From assembly GCA_041492755.1 (NCBI GenBank), contig JBGPXN010000116.1, positions 1 through 13,751 on the forward strand: DNA of 13,751 nt, given 5' to 3'. This DNA is from Candidatus Methylomirabilia bacterium. GTDB taxonomy: Bacteria; Methylomirabilota; Methylomirabilia; Rokubacteriales; CSP1-6. Below the pieces are notes generated by a model, which saw nothing but the letters and a program-made list of their open reading frames with translations, did not search any database and was not told the DNA's origin. This document shows positions 1-8,198 of the stretch, piece after piece (position 1 is the first letter of the stretch; each line of letters begins with the position of its first letter). Both the position numbers and the translations under genes were made by a program.

Positions 1-825
1 CATCCCTGGGAGTTCGCGCGGGTGTGGCATCTCGAGCCGTCGCTGACCGATCCGGACACGGTCTATGCCGGTGTCGAGGACGCCGCGCTGTTCCGCTCGA
101 CCGACGGCGGGCAGACGTGGCAGGAGCTCCCCGGACTGCGCGGCCACGGCTCGGCGCCCTCCTGGCAACCGGGTGCCGGCGGGATGTGCTTGCACACCAT
201 CCTTCTGGATCCGAGCCATCCCGAGCGCATCTTCATCGCCATCTCGGCGGCGGGCGTGTTCCGGAGCGACGACGCCGGCAAGACGTGGCGGCCGGTGAAC
301 CGCGGCCTGCGGTCCGAAGGCATCCCCGACCCGCATGCGGAGGTGGGCCACTGCGTTCACCGCATCGCGATGCACCGGTCGCGTCCGGGCGTGCTGTTCA
401 TGCAGAAGCACGGGGACGTCATGCGCAGTGACGACGCCGGCGAGTCGTGGCACGAGGTCAGCGGGAACTTGCCGACCGACTTCGGATTCCCGATCGACGT
501 GCACGCGCACGAGCCGGACACCATCTACGTCGTGCCGATCAAGAGCGACTCGGAGCACTATCCGCTCGAGGGAAAGCTGCGCGTGTACCGCAGCCGCACG
601 GGTGGACACGAGTGGGAGGCGCTCACGAAAGGTCTGCCGCAACGCGACTGCTACGTCAACGTGTTGCGCGACGCGATGGCCGTCGACGCGCTCGATTCGT
701 GCGGCGTGTACTTCGGTACCACCGGCGGGCAGGTGTACGCATCGGCCGACGCCGGGGACAGCTGGGCTCCCATCGTCCGAGATCTTCCGGCGGTGGTGTC
801 CGTCGAAGTCCAGACGCTGCCGTGA
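1..825 (+). CDS. BNR/Asp-box repeat beta-propeller protein (exo-alpha-sialidase/WD40-YVTN-like), 5'-partial
   Basis: Frame open from base 1 ([14 protein letters not shown]...). Repeated Asp-boxes SxDxGx[36 protein letters not shown], plus degenerate SRTGGHEW. Stop TGA at 823-825. Confidence 0.9.
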   Translation, partial: HPWEFARVWHLEPSLTDPDTVYAGVEDAALFRSTDGGQTWQELPGLRGHGSAPSWQPGAGGMCLHTILLDPSHPERIFIAISAAGVFRSDDAGKTWRPVNRGLRSEGIPDPHAEVGHCVHRIAMHRSRPGVLFMQKHGDVMRSDDAGESWHEVSGNLPTDFGFPIDVHAHEPDTIYVVPIKSDSEHYPLEGKLRVYRSRTGGHEWEALTKGLPQRDCYVNVLRDAMAVDALDSCGVYFGTTGGQVYASADAGDSWAPIVRDLPAVVSVEVQTLP

Positions 826-1118
826 TCCGAGTCGTGCTCCCGGCCCATCTGCGCACGCTCGCGCACGTCGACGGCGAGGTGAAGCTCGACGTCGGGGGTC
901 AGGTCACGCAGCGCGCGGTTCTCGACGTGCTCGAGGCCTGCTATCCGATGCTGCGAGGGACGATTCGCGACCATGTCACGCAACAACGCCGAGCGTTCGT
1001 AAGGTTCTTTGCCTGCACGCAGGATCTGTCCCACGAACCGCCGGACGCCCCGCTGCCCGACGCGATCGCGACGGGGGCCGAGCCTCTGCTGATCGTGGGG
1101 GCCATGGCCGGCGGCTAG
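822..1118 (+). CDS. MoaD/ThiS family ubiquitin-like (sulfur-carrier-type) protein, 98 aa
   Basis: GTG start overlaps the upstream stop (GTGA). [14 protein letters not shown]...[10 protein letters not shown]...RRAFVRFF...IVGAMAGG ends in the diagnostic C-terminal Gly-Gly. Confidence 0.9.
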   Translation: MIRVVLPAHLRTLAHVDGEVKLDVGGQVTQRAVLDVLEACYPMLRGTIRDHVTQQRRAFVRFFACTQDLSHEPPDAPLPDAIATGAEPLLIVGAMAGG

Positions 1119-1119
1119 T

Positions 1120-1509
1120 AGCTGGGAAGCATGGTCCCCGTGGGCGAAACGCGATCCTGCGATGAAGCAAACGTACGAGGGCGCGCCGGCCGGAACCGGC
1201 GCAAGCTACCCGCGGGCCGGCAACGACCAGGTGGCCGAAGGACGCATGACGCTGACGGAGAGCCGGCCGAGCGATCGGATCAGGATCCAACTTGAATTCC
1301 TGAAGCCCTTCCCAGCCATCGCCACCGCGGAGTTCACCTTCAAGCCCGACGGCCACCAAACCGCGGTGACGTGGAGCATGGCCGGCAAAAACAATTTCAC
1401 AGGCAAGGCATGCGGCCTGTTCATGAGCATGGACAAAACGGTCGGCGGCGATTTCGAGAAGGGGCTGGCGCGAATGAAATCGATGGTGGAAGCAGCGCCC
1501 AAGCAATAG
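1120..1509 (+). pseudogene. SRPBCC (polyketide cyclase/START-like) protein, 5'-truncated remnant
   Basis: SWEAWSPWAKRDPAMKQTYEGAPAGTGASY..GN...EGRMTLTESRP..RIRIQLEFLKPF...VTWSMAG...MDKTVGGDFEKGLARMK is typical SRPBCC. Homology starts mid-domain right after the MoaD stop; there is an in-frame stop at 1090-1092 and no N-terminal TM helix or first strand. A shortened ORF from ATG 1162 is possible. Confidence 0.75.
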
Positions 1510-1552
1510 CGCGGCGACTTTCACTCACTCAGCACTAGCCACGGAGGAGATC

Positions 1553-1951
<399 letters not shown>

Positions 1952-1966
1952 GACGGTTCTTGTCGG

Positions 1967-2113
1967 ATGAGCACCGGAGGATTGTCCAAGGCGCGACTCG
2001 GCCGCATGCACGCCGTCAGGGCCGGCTATGTCGAGTACCCCGAAGTGCCTGATATCGTCAGGCTGGTCAGCCGGCGGGGCGAGGTGCACGTCGATGCGAT
2101 CGGGATGAAGGCG
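1967..2113 (+). pseudogene. N-terminal fragment of a serine hydrolase (beta-lactamase class C-like family)
   Basis: [49 protein letters not shown] matches the N-terminus of this family but breaks off before the SxxK motif. Confidence 0.6.
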
Positions 2114-2129
2114 GGGTCGGCGCTTCCGA

Positions 2130-2292
2130 TGCTCTGGGACGTCCGTGATGAGCGCTTCGGTCGTGAGTGGCAATGACGCGATCGAGGCCGCGTTCTGCAG
2201 GGCAACGCCCTCAACCCGGGTCGGGTCGAGGATCCCCGCCTGCATCATGTCGGCGTACTCGTTTGGTCTCCGCGCCGAAGCCGCGCGTGACG
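2130..2292 (-). pseudogene. groL: C-terminal fragment of chaperonin GroEL, frameshifted
   Basis: [44 protein letters not shown] (2263-2132) is the GroEL C-terminal motif. The preceding VTRGFGAET (GFxAxT) lies in another frame because of an extra A near 2264. Confidence 0.85.
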
Positions 2293-2299
2293 CCGCACG

Positions 2300-2380
2300 A
2301 TGGCGTTCACCACGTTCGGCGGCGGAGACAGGGCGGCGGAGGTGTTCGCGATGCTGAATCCGACCCATCACGCGCGGACT
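2300..2380 (+). pseudogene. Internal fragment of a GH94 / cyclic beta-1,2-glucan synthase (NdvB-like) phosphorylase domain
   Basis: [27 protein letters not shown] resembles the GH94 segment MAFAxLGDGDKAxELFxMLNPINHART recalled from memory; only 27 codons. Confidence 0.5.
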
Positions 2381-2740
2381 TTAGGCCTTGATCTTCACGA
2401 GCGCCTCCGCGCACGCGCTGGCAACTCCCTGGGCCGGCGCGCTGCTTCCCGGCATGGTGGCCCAGCCGCCCTTTTCGACGAACTCCGTTTGTTTCCAGGA
2501 ATCGATTTCCTTGAGCCCCGTCAGCTTCTTGGTCGCGTCGGACTGTTTCATGAAGCTCTGGACGCAGATCGGGGTCAGAACGGAGGTCACGGCGAGGTCC
2601 GTCCGTTGCTGCGCGACTCTCTCGGCACTGCTGCCGAGGGTCCACCCCAACCATGAAAAGCCGACGATCATGGTTCCCACCCCGCCGACGATCCCACCCC
2701 AGATTCCCGGGTTGAGCCACGCGGGTTGTTGCACTTGCAT
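2381..2740 (-). CDS. Conserved hypothetical membrane-anchored protein, 119 aa
   Basis: SD GAGGAGG (2747-2753) before ATG 2740. MQVQQPAWLNPGIWGGIVGGVGTMIVGFSWLGWTLG...LTPICV...FVEKGGWATMPGS...VASACAEAL: one N-terminal TM helix and two Cys. Confidence 0.8.
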   Translation of the reverse strand: MQVQQPAWLNPGIWGGIVGGVGTMIVGFSWLGWTLGSSAERVAQQRTDLAVTSVLTPICVQSFMKQSDATKKLTGLKEIDSWKQTEFVEKGGWATMPGSSAPAQGVASACAEALVKIKA

Positions 2741-2854
2741 GAGGCGCCTCCTCGATGTTCGAACAAGGGATATCTCGTGGGGCCGATTTCGCGGGTCGAC
2801 GGCGTCGCCCTCAACCCCCGCCGCTCGGCGGCGAGCGCCGTCCACCCTCCGGGG

Positions 2855-3073
2855 TCATCGCGTGCGCGGGTACGACATGGGACGGCCGTAGAGCGCCGGG
2901 CGCGTCGAACGGTCGGTCGCATTCATGTGCTCCAGACACTTGACCCCCTCCGCGACGGCGCTCCTGATGGTCGGGAAGCTCGCCTCCGACTCCTCCACGG
3001 TCTCACCCGAATAGTTGACGATCCGCCACCGCCAGTGGGGGTGAAGGGGCGTGGAAACGGCGACGACGTTCAC
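2855..3073 (-). CDS. Small hypothetical protein, about 72 aa (WRWRIVNYSGETVEES motif)
   Basis: Protein-like part of ORF 2855..3253 starts at GTG 3073: VNVVAVSTPLHPHWRWRIVNYSGETVEESEASFPTIRSAVAEG. Same strand as the upstream RRM gene; start uncertain. Confidence 0.65.
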   Translation of the reverse strand: MNVVAVSTPLHPHWRWRIVNYSGETVEESEASFPTIRSAVAEGVKCLEHMNATDRSTRPALYGRPMSYPRTR

Positions 3074-3134
3074 GGTCTCGCGTCTCGCGAAATCGCGTCG
3101 CCGGCAAGGATGATGGCCGGCGCGGCGGGGTGGC

Positions 3135-3461
3135 TCACCAGCGACCTCCGTGTGAGGAGCCGCCGCCGCCGCCGCCGCCGAATCCGCGCGAGGTTCGTCC
3201 ACCGCCACCGCCACCGGAGGCCGAGGCCTTCTCGACCCGGAGTTGGCGGCCATCGAGATTCTTGCCGTTGAACTGCGTGATCGCTTGATCGGCCTCCTCC
3301 ACCGTGGCCATCTCCACGAAGCCGAAGCCGCGCGAACGGCCGGTTTCGCGATCGGTCACGACGGCCGCCGACTCGACCTGGCCCGCGGCCGCGAAGACTT
3401 CACGGAGACGCTCCGTCGACGTGGAGAACGCGAGACCCCCGATGAAAAGCTTCTGCGCCAT
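3135..3461 (-). CDS. RRM-domain RNA-binding protein with glycine-rich tail (Rbp family)
   Basis: RNP2 KLFIGGL, RNP1 RGFGFVEM, DRETGRSRG, LDGRQLRV, Gly-rich C-terminus; SD AGGAGG at 3472-3467. Confidence 0.95.
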   Translation of the reverse strand: MAQKLFIGGLAFSTSTERLREVFAAAGQVESAAVVTDRETGRSRGFGFVEMATVEEADQAITQFNGKNLDGRQLRVEKASASGGGGGGRTSRGFGGGGGGGSSHGGRW

Positions 3462-3597
3462 AGGTTCCTCCTGGAGCGGATTCCACGCTGTGAGCTCATG
3501 CGGGCTCCAGCGAAACGCGGATGGACGCTGGAGTCAGGGCCTGACGAGGCAAGGGCTCCCGAGAACCTATACCCAGATCAGACGATCAGTGAAGGTG

Positions 3598-3633
3598 GCA
3601 ATATATTATATAAAACATAAATGATATAGTCCA
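3598..3633. promoter_or_regulatory. Overlapping divergent sigma70-type promoters in an AT-rich patch
   Basis: Minus strand: -35 TGGACT (3633-3628), 17 bp, perfect -10 TATAAT (3610-3605), toward the RRM gene. Plus strand: extended -10 TGaTATAGT (3622-3630), toward rpsU. Confidence 0.6.
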
Positions 3634-3792
3634 GAGACGACCAGACGCTCGCCGCTCCCGACGGACGTCGCGCGCCAAACCAGGACCGTCGATCCAGCCG
3701 ACAGGGGACAATCGTATGAGCCGGGCGTGGGCTGTTCCGATCATCACCGTGGCGCTCAGTCAACTCGCCGTGATGGCGACGGGGACCGCGGG

Positions 3793-4065
3793 TTGACCGC
3801 CATCGCGGCGCCGCTTCCCACCATCGCGGCGGGCCGCCGGCCCCGGATCAGCTCCGTCAAGATCGAGGTCTTCGACAATCAGATTGAGCCGGCGCTCAAG
3901 GCGCTGAAGAAGCAGCTACTCGCCGCGGGGATTTTCAAGGAGATGAAGCGGCGTGCGCACTACGAGAAGCCGTCCGTCAAGCGGAAACGCAAGCAGGCCG
4001 AAGCTCGGAAGAGGCGCCGCAAGGCCCTCAAGCGCTCGGGCGGTTCCGAGGGCCTCGACGGGTGA
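3793..4065 (+). CDS. rpsU: 30S ribosomal protein bS21 with N-terminal extension (start uncertain)
   Basis: VKIEVFDNQIEPALKALKKQLLAAGIFKEMKRRAHYEKPSVKRKRKQAEARKRRRK contains the S21 signature YEKPSxKRKRK. The nearest start codon upstream is TTG 3793; alternative GTG 3727. Confidence 0.88.
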   Translation: MTAIAAPLPTIAAGRRPRISSVKIEVFDNQIEPALKALKKQLLAAGIFKEMKRRAHYEKPSVKRKRKQAEARKRRRKALKRSGGSEGLDG

Positions 4066-4643
4066 CCCACGGTCTCGACGCGGCGACGCTTGCCCTGGCC
4101 GGCATTGACGGCTTCTCGGACGGTGAGCGAGAGGCGATCGTCGGGCTCGTCAAGATGCGCCGCGTGCGGGTGGGGCCCGGCTACGAGGGATGGACACCGC
4201 CGTTGGCCAGTCTCATCGACCGCGCGTTCACGTGGTCGGAGTTCGATCGCTGGCACGCCTTCTTCACCGCGCGAGGTTTCTTCCCCCGTCGGTGGGATGG
4301 CCTGGAGGTGGTCCCTACATCCAAGGCGTCGCCCAACGTGCGTGCGACCTACCGGCAGCGAAAGCTGGAGCTCCTCTTGGAATGGCTCGACATGCTCATG
4401 CGGCGGACGGCGGAGCTCGGCCACTACACCAGGCAGGGACGGCTGGTACGAATCGTCAGGCAAGACGACACTCACCGGTGTCCGGTGTGCGAATCCTTCA
4501 GCGCCCACGAGGTGAGGCCCCGGAGCGATACCATGCCACCGCTGCATCCCGGCTGCCGCTGTGTACTCATGGCCGCGATGACGGTGCCGCCCGGCGAACG
4601 GATCGGGACGCACCGCCGAGATCGGGCACGCCCCTCCTCCTGA
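4062..4643 (+). CDS. Hypothetical protein, 193 aa, with C-terminal MuF/SPP1-gp7-like Cys/His motif
   Basis: GTGA overlap with the rpsU stop. DDTHRCPVC...MPPLHPGCRCVL (4464-4562) resembles the DxxxCxxC...PPxHPxCRC motif of phage Mu F-like minor head proteins. Confidence 0.7.
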   Translation: MTHGLDAATLALAGIDGFSDGEREAIVGLVKMRRVRVGPGYEGWTPPLASLIDRAFTWSEFDRWHAFFTARGFFPRRWDGLEVVPTSKASPNVRATYRQRKLELLLEWLDMLMRRTAELGHYTRQGRLVRIVRQDDTHRCPVCESFSAHEVRPRSDTMPPLHPGCRCVLMAAMTVPPGERIGTHRRDRARPSS

Positions 4644-4798
4644 GTTCGCCCATCCGGGGCGTGTCGTTCGTGGGCGTGTACCGGGGGGTCGCGTCCCTCG
4701 CTCGACAGCGCCGTAGAATCTCAGGGTGCTTATCGGTGCTTAATATAGTGAATGGGCCCCAACGCGCCGTGCGGTTGGCAACAGATGGAGGTGGCCTA

Positions 4799-5089
4799 GT
4801 GGAAAATCGCGCCAGAGTGCTCCTCATTCTGTCTGAGGACCTCGTGGCCCGGGCTCGAGTGCTCGCCGGGAAGGCGACGGTGAAGCTCAAGCTCCCGGTG
4901 AGCCTCCAGATCATCTTGCGCGCCCTCATCGAGGAGGGGCTGAAGCGGGAGAGCCATCCGATTCTCCTCGCCAACATCGAAGCGCACGCGAACGCGATTC
5001 GGCGCACCCGAAGGCTCGCCCGCCGCCGGCCGGGGTCCGACACCCTACGCCGGCCGAGCGGCGACGGGCTGCCACGGCGCCGGAAGTGA
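4799..5089 (+). CDS. Small basic protein, ribbon-helix-helix-like, 96 aa
   Basis: SD GGAGGT (4787-4792) before GTG 4799; -10-like TAATAT/TATAGT at 4741-4749. RVLLILSEDLVARARVLA...VSLQIILRALIEEGLKR has the strand-helix-helix pattern of RHH proteins. Confidence 0.65.
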   Translation: MENRARVLLILSEDLVARARVLAGKATVKLKLPVSLQIILRALIEEGLKRESHPILLANIEAHANAIRRTRRLARRRPGSDTLRRPSGDGLPRRRK

Positions 5090-5212
5090 CCGACGCTCGA
5101 TGCCGTCGAGGCTGACGACTCGGTAGCTTCTGGAGAGCGGCTCAGCGGCCCCACCCATCGAATCGGGCGCGGCCAGAGGATCAGCGGCGCCCGGTTCGTG
5201 GGTGTCCGGCGG

Positions 5213-5449
5213 TTACTTCAACGTGGCGACGGCGCCCTCGACGACCGTGCCCTTGAAGAAGTCGGGGTTGAGCGCGGTGTGCAGGCCCGCGGCGTTCTCG
5301 AACGTGAACTGGCGGAAGTCGGCCTCGGCGCCGAAGTAGAAGTGGTCGACGAACTGGCGCTTCAGCTCCTCGGCCGCGGACACGCCGGCCGCCGCGAAGT
5401 CGTCGAGCTGCTGCGGCTGATATTCGTTGTCGGTCACGCGGCTCGCCAC
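5213..5449 (-). pseudogene. Amidohydrolase-family C-terminal remnant with internal deletion
   Basis: LDDFAAAGVSAAEELKRQFVDHFYFGAEAD|FRQFTFENAAGLHTALNPDFFKGTVVEGAVATLK. Both halves resemble amidohydrolase_2-type C-termini, but the intervening ...SDIGHWD... segment is absent. Confidence 0.6.
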
Positions 5450-5569
5450 GATGCCTGATCGGGGCCCCGGAGAGAGACCAGCGCCCCGGGGGCTCAGTTC
5501 CTGCCCGGAGAGGCGGCGGCGCCAGAACGGTCTCCCGGACCGCCGCGGTGAGTGGTATCGTTCCCCGCC

Positions 5570-6355
5570 ATGGACATATTGGAGCTGGGCCTCAAGGGCA
5601 AGGTTGCGATCGTCACGGGCGGCAGTGAGGGGTTGGGGCGGGCGGCGGCGGAGCGCTTCGCCAGGAGCGGCGCGCGCGTCGCGATGTGCGCGCGCCGGCC
5701 CGAGGTGCTGGAGGACGCGGCCAAGACCATCCACGAGGAGACGGACGCGGAAATCCTCGCCATCCCGACCGACGTCACGAAGAGGGCGGAGGTCGAGAGG
5801 TTCGTGGGCGCCGTCACCAGCCGCTTCGGCGGCGTCGACATCCTCGTGAACAACGCGGGCACGTCGTCCGCGGCGAGCTTCCAGGACGTCACCGACGAGA
5901 GCTGGCAGTACGACTTCGACCTGAAGGTGATGGGCGCGATCCGCTTCTGCCGGCTCGTCGTCCCCTCGATGAAGGCGCGCGGCGGTGGGGCCATCGTCAA
6001 CGTGACGACGATCGGCGGCAAGGCGCCGCTTGCGAAGGCGCTGCCGACCTCGCTCACCCGCGCGGCCGGCATCAACCTCACGAAGTCGCTCTCCAAGGAA
6101 TACGCCGCCGACCAGATCCGCGTGAACACCATCTGTCTCGGCGTGGTGAAGAGCGCGCAGTGGACGCGGCGCTTCAAGGGCGGCGACCTCGAGGCCTACT
6201 ACGCCGACATGACCAAGCAGCGCGGCGTCCCGCTCGGACGCCTGGGCGAGGCGGAGGAGTTCGCCGACCTGGTGGCGTTCCTCGTCTCCGATCGCGCGAA
6301 GTGGATCACCGGCACCGCCATCAACTTCGACGGCGGGGCGGCCGCCGTCGTCTAG
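5570..6355 (+). CDS. SDR family oxidoreductase (atypical active site)
   Basis: LGLKGKVAIVTGGSEGLG, DILVNNAG, IRVNTICLG, WITGTAINFDGG; PTSLTRAA replaces YxxxK. Start ATG 5570 (alternative TTG 5579). Confidence 0.93.
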   Translation: MDILELGLKGKVAIVTGGSEGLGRAAAERFARSGARVAMCARRPEVLEDAAKTIHEETDAEILAIPTDVTKRAEVERFVGAVTSRFGGVDILVNNAGTSSAASFQDVTDESWQYDFDLKVMGAIRFCRLVVPSMKARGGGAIVNVTTIGGKAPLAKALPTSLTRAAGINLTKSLSKEYAADQIRVNTICLGVVKSAQWTRRFKGGDLEAYYADMTKQRGVPLGRLGEAEEFADLVAFLVSDRAKWITGTAINFDGGAAAVV

Positions 6356-6362
6356 GACGTCG

Positions 6363-7148
6363 ATGCGCCTGGCCGGCAAGATCGGGATCGTTACCGCCGC
6401 CGCCTCGGGCATGGGACGTGCCGGAGCCCTGCGCTTCGCCCGCGAGGGCGCGCAGATCGCCGTGGTGGACGTCGACGCCGCGGGCGTGCAGCGCGTGGTG
6501 GACGAGATCACCGCGGCCGGCGGGATCGCGGCCGGAATCACCGCGGACCTGACGAGGGACGAGGACTCGCGCCGCATCGTTTGGGACACGGTGAGCCGCT
6601 TCAAGGGCCTGGACTTCGTCTGGAACCACGTCGGGCATCCCGGACCGGCGGCCGTCGAGGGCATCGACATGAGCGCCTTCGATCTGGCCCTCGATCTGAA
6701 TCTCCGCACGGTGCTCATCACGACCGAGGCGGCCATCCCCGAGATCCGCGCCCGGGGCGGTGGCAGCCTGCTCTTCACCGCCTCCACCTCCGGGCTCCAG
6801 GGCTCCGCGTACAGTCCCGTCTACTCGATGTGCAAGTTCGGCGTGGTGGGCTTCGTCAAGAGCCTGGCCGTGCGGCTGGCCCGCGAGCAGATCCGCGTGA
6901 ATGCGGTGTGTCCCGGCCCCATCGATACGCCGATGCTGCGCGTGTTCGTGGCGCGGCCCGATCAGAAGTCCACGGCCGGGATGGACGCGGAGGACCTCGT
7001 GCGCAAGCGCGCCCACGGCGCGGTGCCGATGGGCCGCACCGGCCGGCCCGACGAGATCGCCAATGCCGCGCTCTTCCTCCTGTCCGACGAGGCGTCCTTC
7101 ATCACCGGAGTTGCGCTGCCGGTGGACGGCGGGGTGACGGCGGCCTGA
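6363..7148 (+). CDS. SDR family oxidoreductase (classical)
   Basis: TAAASGMG cofactor loop, catalytic Ser (TAS) and YSMCK, IRVNAVCPGPIDTPM, SFITGVALPVDGG. Confidence 0.95.
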   Translation: MRLAGKIGIVTAAASGMGRAGALRFAREGAQIAVVDVDAAGVQRVVDEITAAGGIAAGITADLTRDEDSRRIVWDTVSRFKGLDFVWNHVGHPGPAAVEGIDMSAFDLALDLNLRTVLITTEAAIPEIRARGGGSLLFTASTSGLQGSAYSPVYSMCKFGVVGFVKSLAVRLAREQIRVNAVCPGPIDTPMLRVFVARPDQKSTAGMDAEDLVRKRAHGAVPMGRTGRPDEIANAALFLLSDEASFITGVALPVDGGVTAA

Positions 7149-7161
7149 GCCCGCGCGTGAG

Positions 7162-8121
7162 GTGAGTGTGTCGAAGACGTCTTTTCTCTCCTCTCCGGAG
7201 TATCTCGATCACCTGCGCGAGGCGGCGGCGATGGCCGGCGTGGCCATCGCGGAGTTCATGGTCCCCGCCGAGCACCACGTCGTGCTGGGACGAATGCGGT
7301 TGCGTTACCTCGACTGGGGCGCGAACGGCAAGCGGCCCGTGCTCTTCCTCCACGGGGGCGGGCTCACGGCCCACACGTGGGATCTCGTGTGTCTCGCGCT
7401 GCGGGCCGACTACCGGTGCCTGGCCCCCGACCTCCGTGGCCATGGCGACAGCGAGTGGTCCCCGGAGATGGACTACGGCATCGAGGCGCATCGCGGTGAC
7501 GTCGCCGCCCTCATCGACCATCTCGTGCTCGATGGGCTCGTGCTGGTCGGCATGTCGCTCGGCGGTCTCACCGCCCTCGCGTACGGAGGTCGGCACGCGG
7601 CGCGTCTGGCCGCGCTGGTCATCGTCGACGTCGGCCCCGAGACGCGGCCGGAGGGGGCGCGGCGGATCGCGGAGTTCATCGCCGCCCCGGCCGAGTTCGA
7701 CTCGGTGGAGGACGTGGTCGAGCGGGCGCTGGCGTTCAATCCGCGGCGTGACGCGCGGCTGCTCCGCCGCAGCCTGCAGCACAACCTGCGCCGCCTTCCG
7801 AACGGCAAGCTCACGTGGAAGCACGACCGCCGTCACCGCGCCCACTTCGATGCCGAGGAATGGGCCCGCCGCCGGCACGCGCTCTGGGACGACGTCCCGC
7901 GCATCACGTGCCCCACGCTCGTCGTGCGCGGCGGGCGCAGCGACGTCTTCCACGACGAGGACGCCGCCAAGCTCGCGGCCGCGCTCCCCCGTGGCGCGTG
8001 GGTCCGGGTCGAGGATGCCGGGCACACCGTCCAGGGCGACAACCCGCGCGCGCTCGTCGCCGAGCTCCGCCGCTTCCTGGACCAGCAAGGGCTGGCCGCC
8101 GGAACGCCGGGAGCCCGGTGA
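7162..8121 (+). CDS. Alpha/beta fold hydrolase
   Basis: LFLHGGG, PDLRGHGDS, nucleophile elbow GMSLGG, SD acid region, catalytic His in AGHTVQGDNP. Confidence 0.93.
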   Translation: MSVSKTSFLSSPEYLDHLREAAAMAGVAIAEFMVPAEHHVVLGRMRLRYLDWGANGKRPVLFLHGGGLTAHTWDLVCLALRADYRCLAPDLRGHGDSEWSPEMDYGIEAHRGDVAALIDHLVLDGLVLVGMSLGGLTALAYGGRHAARLAALVIVDVGPETRPEGARRIAEFIAAPAEFDSVEDVVERALAFNPRRDARLLRRSLQHNLRRLPNGKLTWKHDRRHRAHFDAEEWARRRHALWDDVPRITCPTLVVRGGRSDVFHDEDAAKLAAALPRGAWVRVEDAGHTVQGDNPRALVAELRRFLDQQGLAAGTPGAR

Positions 8122-8198
8122 TGGATTTTCACGCCTTCATGTAGTCCGCCTCGGCGTTCGGACGGTAGGCGAAGTAGATGTGGCCGCGCTCCACGCCG

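Noticed and set aside
2795..2845. GC-rich hairpin as an intrinsic terminator
   Set aside because: No U-tract on either strand; such hairpins are common at this GC content.
3150..3225. GCC trinucleotide repeats
   Set aside because: Explained by the poly-Gly tail of the RRM protein.
4062..4643. Prophage
   Set aside because: A MuF-like motif alone; no structural, packaging or lysis genes in the window.
5213..6787. 524-aa minus-strand ORF
   Set aside because: Antisense shadow of the two SDR genes; only the last ~78 aa are protein-like.
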